Assembly (NCBI RefSeq): GCF_000025925.1
Contig: NC_014033.1
Coordinates: 270,001-302,000 of the forward strand
Length of the DNA: 32,000 nucleotides
Source of the DNA: Xylanibacter ruminicola 23
Lineage (GTDB): Bacteria; Bacteroidota; Bacteroidia; Bacteroidales; Bacteroidaceae
Direction: 5' to 3'
The position numbers and the translations under genes are program-made. Below the pieces are notes generated by a model. That model made no database searches, was not told the origin of the DNA, and worked only from the letters and a program-made list of their open reading frames with translations. Below, in pieces: positions 9,041-15,282 of this stretch (positions within the stretch are counted from its first letter, which is position 1; every line of letters starts with the position of its first letter).

Positions 9041-9083
9041 AGCCGTGTCCTTTTTTTAAAAAAAAGCCGTGTTAATCCGTGCC
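9041..9083 (+). repeat. Right half of split element (copy R4)
   Basis: AGCCGTGTCCTTTTTTTAAAAAAAAGCCGTGTTAATCCGTGCC, beginning directly after the GxxExxY start codon (9040). It overlaps the last codons of rfbD. Confidence 0.9.
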
Positions 9084-9929
9084 TAAAAGAGCGATGCACT
9101 CGGCGAGGCTTTCTTCCCAGTAGGGGATTTCGATGTTGTAGGTCTGCTTTATTTTTGTTTTGTCTAATACGCTGTAGTGCGGACGGGCGGCGGGAGTAGG
9201 GTACTCGCTGGTGTGCAGAGGGCGCACATGGCAAGTGTTGATACCGGCAATGCGGTGGATGGCCTTGGTAAAGTCGTACCACGAGATAACACCCTCGTTG
9301 CTGAAGTGATAAATGCCTGGCACGATGCCCTGATTGATGGCGGCAAAGATGGCCACAGCCAGGTCGCGTGCATAAGTAGGTGTACCTATCTGGTCGAAGA
9401 TAACACCCAGCTCGGGCTTCTCCTTACCCAAACGAATCATCGTCTTTACAAAGTTATTGCCGAATGTAGAGTACAGCCATGCCGTGCGGATAATCATCGA
9501 GCGCTTGCAACCATTGGTTACCTCCTGCTCGCCTTCCAGCTTGGTGCGACCGTAAGTGCTGTTAGGACATACACTTTCGTCCTCGGTATAAGGGCGGTGA
9601 TTGGTACCGTCGAACACATAGTCGGTAGAAATCTGAATCATCCATCCACCACGCTTCTCGATGGCTTTGGCCAGCAATCCTGGGGCGGTGGCGTTCAGCT
9701 TGTGGCACAGCTCCTGGTTCTCCTCAGCCTTGTCCACGGCTGTGTAGGCGGCGCAGTTCACAATACCGTCAATCTCGTTGTCAGTTACAAATCGGTTGAT
9801 GGCTTCCTCGTCGGTAATATCCAGCTCAGCCACATCCGTATTAAAATAGGTATGCTGCTGGTTTTCCTTTTCCAGCAGCTGCATCTCGTTTCCAAGTTGG
9901 CCGTTACATCCGGTTATCAATATCCTCAT
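9072..9929 (-). CDS. rfbD: dTDP-4-dehydrorhamnose reductase
   Basis: 285 aa: MRILITGCNGQLG, STDYVFDG. The last codons G-T-D and the stop are read from the repeat arm GGCACGGATTAA. Confidence 0.9.
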   Translation of the reverse strand: MRILITGCNGQLGNEMQLLEKENQQHTYFNTDVAELDITDEEAINRFVTDNEIDGIVNCAAYTAVDKAEENQELCHKLNATAPGLLAKAIEKRGGWMIQISTDYVFDGTNHRPYTEDESVCPNSTYGRTKLEGEQEVTNGCKRSMIIRTAWLYSTFGNNFVKTMIRLGKEKPELGVIFDQIGTPTYARDLAVAIFAAINQGIVPGIYHFSNEGVISWYDFTKAIHRIAGINTCHVRPLHTSEYPTPAARPHYSVLDKTKIKQTYNIEIPYWEESLAECIALLGTD

Positions 9930-9948
9930 GACGCTCTATTTTTTTCTT

Positions 9949-10041
9949 GGCACGGATTTACGCGGCTCTCTTTTAGAGAAACACTGCTTTTTTTGCGCAG
10001 CCAGCCGTGTCTTTTTATTAAAAGCCGTGTAAATCCGTGCC
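9949..10041 (+). repeat. 93-nt nested-palindrome intergenic element (copy R5)
   Basis: GGCACGGATTTACGCGGCTCTCTTTTAGAGAAACACTGCTTTTTTTGCGCAGCCAGCCGTGTCTTTTTATTAAAAGCCGTGTAAATCCGTGCC. Both arms carry the ATTTAC/GTAAAT variant. Confidence 0.95.
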
Positions 10042-10047
10042 TAATAA

Positions 10048-10593
10048 TTATTCAAATTTCAATCCTTCTTCTTTGTCCTTTTTATAATAATCTGAGAGCA
10101 TGCCGATAAAAGTTGTTATCTCCTTTACGGCATGTGCTGTGTCGGGCGAAATGTCCTTCTTCTGCAGGCGCAGCAACATCACACCGTACAGCGAGTTAAA
10201 ACATGTCTCAATCTCGTTCTCCTCCTTGTTGGCACCACGGTTGCGCAGCTCTACGATAAAGGGCAGCACTTTGTAGTAAGCCGTGTTGTAAAAGGGAAAT
10301 TTGCTGCTCTGCAACAGCTGCTGGTGCAGCTCAATCAGCATCTGCATGGTAACCTTGTTAATCTGCAGGTGTCCCTGCTCGCGGCATCCCTCCTGATTCA
10401 TCATGCGTATCAGGTTGCCAAACCAGTCGGTCTCTTCCTCCTTCTGTTCGTCGTTATAGTCGAAGCGCTCAATATACTCGCGCTTGATGCGTTGCAGCGA
10501 GCAGTCGAATGCTCGCACCGTGTCTTCCATCTGCCACATATACAGCAGATACTCGGCAATGTTGGTTTTTCTAAGTTCGTTTGCTATAAACAT
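10048..10593 (-). CDS. Conserved Bacteroidota hypothetical protein (DUF4924-like; family name from memory)
   Basis: 181-aa ORF with gene-like composition, NIAEYLLYMWQMEDTVRAF. It is tightly packed after the LysE-family gene. Confidence 0.75.
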   Translation of the reverse strand: MFIANELRKTNIAEYLLYMWQMEDTVRAFDCSLQRIKREYIERFDYNDEQKEEETDWFGNLIRMMNQEGCREQGHLQINKVTMQMLIELHQQLLQSSKFPFYNTAYYKVLPFIVELRNRGANKEENEIETCFNSLYGVMLLRLQKKDISPDTAHAVKEITTFIGMLSDYYKKDKEEGLKFE

Positions 10594-10601
10594 ATTTTAT
10601 G

Positions 10602-11267
10602 CTAAAAAAATCTTACCAGGTTGGTGGTTAGTCCAAGCAGCATAATGATACTGCCCACGATTACTGCCACGCCAATTACTTTGTTGATGATCTTGATACC
10701 GTTAGTATCAAACTTAGTGCGTATCTGATCTACCAGCCATGTCAGTCCCCACCACCACAGCAGCGCGCCTGCTACAATGCTGGCAAAACCCACAATCATC
10801 TCGAACGGATGGTTGGGCAGCACAAACGCAAACTGGGCATACATGGCCAGGAACAGGAAGATGATGAGCGGATTAGAGAATGTAACCAGAAAGGCCGTCC
10901 ACGTGTTGTACCACAGTGTGCCCTGCTGCTTACCGCTCTGGTGCATTTTCTGCGTGGGGTCGGTATGGTAGGTGTACCATCCGAAACACAGCAGCAATAT
11001 GCTACCCCCTATCTGCAGATAGAATCTGTTCTGATCGTTGGTGATAAAATCCATCACAAACGACATTCCGAAGCCAGCAAATGCCGCATAGATAATGTCG
11101 CTCACAGCGGCACCTATGCCAGTGGCAAAGCCGAACCATCGGCCCTTGTTCAGTGTGCGCTGTACGCACAGAATACCTACCGGTCCCATCGGTGCGCTGG
11201 CAATCACACCGATCAACATCCCCTTGAAGATGAAGTCTAATATATTTATTGGTATATGAATTGGCAT
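10602..11267 (-). CDS. LysE/RhtB-family amino-acid exporter
   Basis: Multi-TM protein with the PMGPVGILCVQRTL motif. Start trimmed to the ATG at 11267 (MPIHIPINILDF) because a TAACTTTG -7 box lies 8 nt upstream, inside the longer ORF-track version (11318). Confidence 0.8.
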   Translation of the reverse strand: MPIHIPINILDFIFKGMLIGVIASAPMGPVGILCVQRTLNKGRWFGFATGIGAAVSDIIYAAFAGFGMSFVMDFITNDQNRFYLQIGGSILLLCFGWYTYHTDPTQKMHQSGKQQGTLWYNTWTAFLVTFSNPLIIFLFLAMYAQFAFVLPNHPFEMIVGFASIVAGALLWWWGLTWLVDQIRTKFDTNGIKIINKVIGVAVIVGSIIMLLGLTTNLVRFF

Positions 11268-11275
11268 AACGGGTG

Positions 11276-11283
11276 CAAAGTTA
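11276..11283 (-). promoter_or_regulatory. -7 box candidate for the LysE-family gene (head of the long minus-strand gene string)
   Basis: The minus strand reads TAACTTTGCACCCGTTATG, with the box 8 nt from the ATG at 11267. Confidence 0.45.
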
Positions 11284-11378
11284 CGAAAAAATTTCCGCTT
11301 ACGGCTGATTTTAGTCATTCTTTTATAAAATAATGGTTAATTTCCGTAAAAAGTCAAGTGTTATGCCGAATTTTTTAG

Positions 11379-11386
11379 TAATTTTG
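11379..11386 (+). promoter_or_regulatory. -7 box candidate for the ROK kinase gene
   Basis: TAATTTTG, 53 nt upstream of the ATG at 11440. Confidence 0.4.
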
Positions 11387-11439
11387 TGCCTTGAAATCAA
11401 AATACGATATTAATATAGACTAATAAACTTATTATAATT

Positions 11440-12423
11440 ATGAACGAACAGAACGCAGAAATTAAGCCTTACGTTATTGGCTTAGACTTAGGAGGTACCA
11501 ATTCGGTATTTGGTATTGTTGATGCCCGTGGCGATATCAAGGCCACCACAGCCATCAAAACTGGTGGTTACAGTAATGTAGATGATTACGTAGCCGCATC
11601 GGTCGAGGCTTTGCAGCCTATCATCGAGCAGGTTGGCGGTATCGAGAAAATCAAGGCCATGGGTATTGGTGCTCCTAACGGCAACTATTATAACGGCACA
11701 ATCGAGTTTGCTCCTAATCTGCCTTGGGCCCACAATGGTGTAGTGCCCCTGGCTAAGCTGTTCAGCGATGCATTAGGCATTCCCGTAGCCCTTACCAACG
11801 ATGCTAATGCCGCTGCTATCGGCGAGATGGTTTACGGTGTGGCTCGTGGCATGAAGAACTTCATCGTTATCACTCTTGGTACCGGTGTAGGTTCGGGTAT
11901 TGTTGTTAACGGTCAGTTGCTTTACGGTCACGATGGTTTTGCTGGCGAGCTGGGTCACGTAACAATGGTTCGTGGCGAGGAAGGTCGCGCTTGCGGATGC
12001 GGTCGTACAGGCTGCTTGGAGTGCTACTGCTCGGCTACTGGTGTGGCTCGTACTGCTCGCGAGATGCTGGCAAAAACCGATCGTCCATCACTGCTGCGCG
12101 ACATGAACCCCGAGGATATCACATCGCTCGATGTATCAATCGCTGCTGGTAAGGGCGACGAGCTGGCTAAGGATATCTACGAGTTTACTGGTAAGATGCT
12201 TGGCGAGGCTTGTGCCGATTTCGCTGCCTTCTCATCACCCGAGGCATTCATCTTCTTTGGTGGTATGGTTAAGGCCGGCGAGCTGATTATGAAACCTATC
12301 CGCGAGGCTTACGATGCCCACGTTCTTAAGATCTTCAAGAACAAGGCCAAGTTCCTCGTTTCAGGTCTCGATGGCGCAAGTGCAGCCGTTCTCGGTGCCT
12401 CAGCCATCGGTTGGGAAGTATAA
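11440..12423 (+). CDS. ROK-family sugar kinase (glucokinase-like)
   Basis: GLDLGGTN, TLGTGVGSGIV, and the ROK zinc motif GHVTM...CGCGRTGCLECYCS. Confidence 0.9.
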   Translation: MNEQNAEIKPYVIGLDLGGTNSVFGIVDARGDIKATTAIKTGGYSNVDDYVAASVEALQPIIEQVGGIEKIKAMGIGAPNGNYYNGTIEFAPNLPWAHNGVVPLAKLFSDALGIPVALTNDANAAAIGEMVYGVARGMKNFIVITLGTGVGSGIVVNGQLLYGHDGFAGELGHVTMVRGEEGRACGCGRTGCLECYCSATGVARTAREMLAKTDRPSLLRDMNPEDITSLDVSIAAGKGDELAKDIYEFTGKMLGEACADFAAFSSPEAFIFFGGMVKAGELIMKPIREAYDAHVLKIFKNKAKFLVSGLDGASAAVLGASAIGWEV

Positions 12424-12450
12424 AAAATCACAGGTTAATATTATTGGTAA

Positions 12451-12491
12451 GAGGGGCTCGCCGCGTGATGCTGCGAACCCCTCGTTTTTTG
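12451..12491 (+). terminator. Rho-independent terminator after the ROK kinase gene
   Basis: GAGGGGCTCGCCGCGTGATGCTGCGAACCCCTC forms a stem of about 12 bp (6 outer GC-rich pairs), followed by GTTTTTTGTT. Confidence 0.75.
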
Positions 12492-12557
12492 TTGATATTT
12501 TTCGGACCTTTTTGTGCCCTTCTTGAAGGTACTCCCGCTCGAAAAAATACAAATAAA

Positions 12558-12589
12558 TTTGTTTTTTTGCTCGCTTATTCGTATCTTTG
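12558..12589 (+). promoter_or_regulatory. Promoter candidate for the AmgK-like/RapZ-C fusion gene
   Basis: -33 TTTG (12558-12561), 20-nt spacer, -7 TATCTTTG (12582-12589), then GCAGGCATT-ATG. Confidence 0.5.
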
Positions 12590-12597
12590 CAGGCATT

Positions 12598-14139
12598 ATG
12601 GAGAAACTTATTGAATTATATACCCAATGGAGGGGAGCTGAGCCGGCTAATGTTCAGCAGATCCCCGGGGGCGGTAGTAACCGCACTTACTTCCGTTTGA
12701 CCGACAAGCAGGGACAGAGTGTGATAGGCGTGATAGGCACCAGTCGCGACGAGGACCATGCGTTTATCTATCTTACCAAGCATTTTTCGCGATTGCAGAT
12801 GCCGGTGCCAAAGATTCTGGCTGCCAGCGACGACCAGCTGCGATACCTGCAAACCGACTTGGGTAGCATGTCGCTTTTCGACGCCATCCGTGGTGGTCGC
12901 GAAGCGGGCGGACGTTATACCCTGAAAGAGCAGGAACTGCTGCGCCGCACCATACGCGAACTGCCTAAAATGCAGATGCAGGGGGCTCGCGATCTGGATT
13001 TCGAGAACTGCTACCCACAGGCGGAGTTTGACGTGGATAGCGTGCTGTTCGACCTGAACTACTTTAAGTACTGTTTCCTGAAGGCTACGGAGATTGATTT
13101 CCACGAGTTGAAGCTGGAGGCCGACTTCCGACTGATGGCGAAGGATCTGACTTCGGAACAGAGCGATTCGTTTCTGTATCGCGACTTCCAGGCTCGCAAC
13201 GTGATGTTAGACCACGATGGCAATCCTTGGTTTATTGATTACCAAGGCGGCCGAAAAGGTCCGTTTTATTACGATGTGGCTTCGTTCTTGTGGCAGGCCT
13301 CGGCTAAGTATCCACACAAGCTGCGCCGTGAACTGGTGTACGAGTACTACAACTCGCTGAAGAATTACATCGAGGTGCCCACGGTGCGCCACTTTGTAAA
13401 TCGTCTGTCGCTGTTTGTGCTGTTCCGTACCTTGCAGGTGCTGGGCGCTTACGGATTCCGCGGCTATTTTGAGCAGAAAAAGCATTTTATTGAGAGCATT
13501 CCACCTGCCATACAGAACCTTCGCGAGTTGTTGGCAAGCAGCACGCCTTGGCATTATCCATACTTGATGGAGATTCTGCAGAAGCTGACAGAGCTGCCAC
13601 AGTTCCAGCAGATTGAGACGGTGGCCAGTCGTGCCGATGGTTATAAGACGACCGATTTGAACCCTTATAAGGCCCATCCACAGGACGGACCGGCTACGTT
13701 CTCGAAGTACGATGCGCAGGGACCGCTGGTGGTTAAGGTGTTCAGCTTCTCGTATCGCAACGGCATACCTGAGGACGAGAGCGGTAACGGTGGTGGCTAT
13801 GTATTCGACTGCCGTAGCACGCACAACCCCGGCCGTTATGAGCCTTACAAAAAGCTGACGGGACTGGATGAACCGGTAATACGATTCCTGGAGGATGATG
13901 GTGAGATACTAACGTTCCTGGATTCGGTTTATAAGTTGGCCGATGCGCATGTGCGCCGCTACATTCAGCGTGGCTTTACCAGTCTGATGTTCTCGTTCGG
14001 ATGTACAGGTGGTCAGCACCGTTCGGTTTATTCGGCTCAGCACTTAGCCGAGCATATCCACGAAAAGTTTGGTATCGAGGTTCGCGTAGAACATCGCGAA
14101 CAGAAAATCAAACAAACCTTCGAAGCAAAGAAGATTTAG
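12598..14139 (+). CDS. Fusion protein: AmgK/APH-like sugar kinase domain + RapZ C-terminal-like domain
   Basis: The N-terminal half has the kinase catalytic loop YRDFQARNVMLDHDGNPWFIDYQG. The C-terminal half has FSFSYRNGIP...YVFDCRSTHNPGRYEPYKKLTGLDEPVIRFL...FGCTGGQHRSVYSAQHLAEHI, which matches the RapZ C-terminal domain as I remember it (FDVRFLPNP...MTGLDKPV...GCTGGKHRSVY). Start set at the ATG at 12598 (MEKLIELY), 8 nt after a TATCTTTG box. Confidence 0.8.
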   Translation: MEKLIELYTQWRGAEPANVQQIPGGGSNRTYFRLTDKQGQSVIGVIGTSRDEDHAFIYLTKHFSRLQMPVPKILAASDDQLRYLQTDLGSMSLFDAIRGGREAGGRYTLKEQELLRRTIRELPKMQMQGARDLDFENCYPQAEFDVDSVLFDLNYFKYCFLKATEIDFHELKLEADFRLMAKDLTSEQSDSFLYRDFQARNVMLDHDGNPWFIDYQGGRKGPFYYDVASFLWQASAKYPHKLRRELVYEYYNSLKNYIEVPTVRHFVNRLSLFVLFRTLQVLGAYGFRGYFEQKKHFIESIPPAIQNLRELLASSTPWHYPYLMEILQKLTELPQFQQIETVASRADGYKTTDLNPYKAHPQDGPATFSKYDAQGPLVVKVFSFSYRNGIPEDESGNGGGYVFDCRSTHNPGRYEPYKKLTGLDEPVIRFLEDDGEILTFLDSVYKLADAHVRRYIQRGFTSLMFSFGCTGGQHRSVYSAQHLAEHIHEKFGIEVRVEHREQKIKQTFEAKKI

Positions 14140-14196
14140 GCACGGATTCTTGGACGAGCCAAGCGGCAAAGCCGAGCGACACGGATTACACGGATT
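14139..14196 (+). repeat. Double-hairpin core module flanked by CACGGATT words
   Basis: GGCACGGATT-CTTGGACGAGCCAAG-CGGCAAAGCCG-AGCGA-CACGGATT-ACACGGATT. Its first bases supply the TAG stop (14137-14139) of the preceding gene. Confidence 0.9.
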
Positions 14197-14203
14197 TTTT
14201 TTA

Positions 14204-14303
14204 GGCACGGATTTACGCGGCTTTTTTTATAAAAAAGGACACGGCTTTAGCATTGCAACTATAGCCGTGTCTTTAATTTATTAAAGCCGTGTTAATCCGT
14301 GCC
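14204..14303 (+). repeat. 100-nt nested-palindrome intergenic element (copy R6)
   Basis: GGCACGGATTTACGCGGCT...GGACACGGCT-TTAGCATTGCAACTAT-AGCCGTGTC...AGCCGTGTTAATCCGTGCC. The inner GACACGGCT/AGCCGTGTC hairpin is intact. Confidence 0.95.
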
Positions 14304-14317
14304 TAAAAGAAAATAAA

Positions 14318-14734
14318 TTACTCAGCGCTCTCGGGCTCGGCGTCTTTAAAATCGGTGATACCGGCCTCGATAAGGATGTTGTACCAAGTGATGAGCTTCT
14401 TGATGTGGCTATCCTTTACACGATCCTGATCCCACTCGGGCAGTACCTTTGTAAAGTACTCGCGCAGCTCGGCGCTCGAAGCCTTCTTCTCGTTGATGCT
14501 GGCACGCTTACCGTTCTCCAGCTTCTTCAGGTTGTCGAGAACATCTGTCAGGGGCACATCATCAGTCTCGGTAAACATGGCGATATCGCCAAGTGATGTG
14601 ATGCGATCGGTTGCGAAGGCAGGCATGCGCTTGTGAGTAGCATCCAGAGCCTCTACAATCAGATTGTTGTTACCACGGGTAACAAGCTTGTATAAACCGG
14701 GCTTGCCGGCAATTGCTAAAATGGTTTGTTGCAT
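14318..14734 (-). CDS. Conserved Bacteroidota protein (DUF5606-like; family name from memory)
   Basis: 138 aa, ILAIAGKPGLYKLV N-terminus. It overlaps the coaE 3' end by 19 nt. Confidence 0.75.
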   Translation of the reverse strand: MQQTILAIAGKPGLYKLVTRGNNNLIVEALDATHKRMPAFATDRITSLGDIAMFTETDDVPLTDVLDNLKKLENGKRASINEKKASSAELREYFTKVLPEWDQDRVKDSHIKKLITWYNILIEAGITDFKDAEPESAE

Positions 14735-15282
14735 TGTTTTATTATTTTATTAATTTGATTATCTATATCAGCTTCTCCATCGTTAATCAGCACAAAGTCG
14801 GCCTTACGTATCACCTCCTGCTGTGGCAGTTGGCGGTTCATCCATTGCAGCGCCTGTTCGCGACTGATACCGTCGCGCTCCATCACGCGCTGCAGACGAA
14901 TCTCCTTGGGGGCTATCACCACTATCACCTTATCTACCAGAACATTGGCTCCGCTCTCGAACAGGATGGCACTCTCCATGTAGTCCAACCCGCTTTGGCG
15001 GAAAGCCTCGAACACGGCAGGGTGTACGATGGCGTCGATGGCCTTGGCATTGCTGGGCGATGCCAGTAGGAATTTGGCTACAGCAGCCTTATTCAGTATG
15101 CCTTCGGGAGTATAGGTTTCGGGACCAATCAGCGCTGTAAGTTGCTGGCGCAGCTCAGGCGAGTTACGCATCAGGCGTTTGGCCTCGCTGTCGCAGTCGA
15201 AAACTTCGATGCCCAGCTCTTTCAGCACACGGCACACGTAGCTTTTACCACTACCAATGCCGCCCGTAATACCTACTTTCAT
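14716..15282 (-). CDS. coaE: Dephospho-CoA kinase
   Basis: MKVGITGGIGSGKSYV P-loop, 188 aa. Confidence 0.9.
   Translation of the reverse strand: MKVGITGGIGSGKSYVCRVLKELGIEVFDCDSEAKRLMRNSPELRQQLTALIGPETYTPEGILNKAAVAKFLLASPSNAKAIDAIVHPAVFEAFRQSGLDYMESAILFESGANVLVDKVIVVIAPKEIRLQRVMERDGISREQALQWMNRQLPQQEVIRKADFVLINDGEADIDNQINKIIKQCNKPF

Larger units (their letters stand above)
8615..9083 (-). mobile_element. Candidate autonomous unit: GxxExxY nuclease gene nested between the two arms of the palindromic element
   Basis: The arms equal those of the empty 91-nt copies. The 387-nt AT-rich ORF replaces only the central hairpin loop region, with zero spacer at both ORF ends. Mobility itself is inferred, not shown. 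Confidence 0.45.

Noticed and set aside
6216-10041. Could the regularly recurring ~91-nt repeats be a CRISPR array?
   Set aside because: The repeats are about 91 nt, internally palindromic with long terminal inverted repeats. They are separated by 0.6-1.6 kb of conserved housekeeping genes rather than 25-45-nt spacers, and no cas genes are present.
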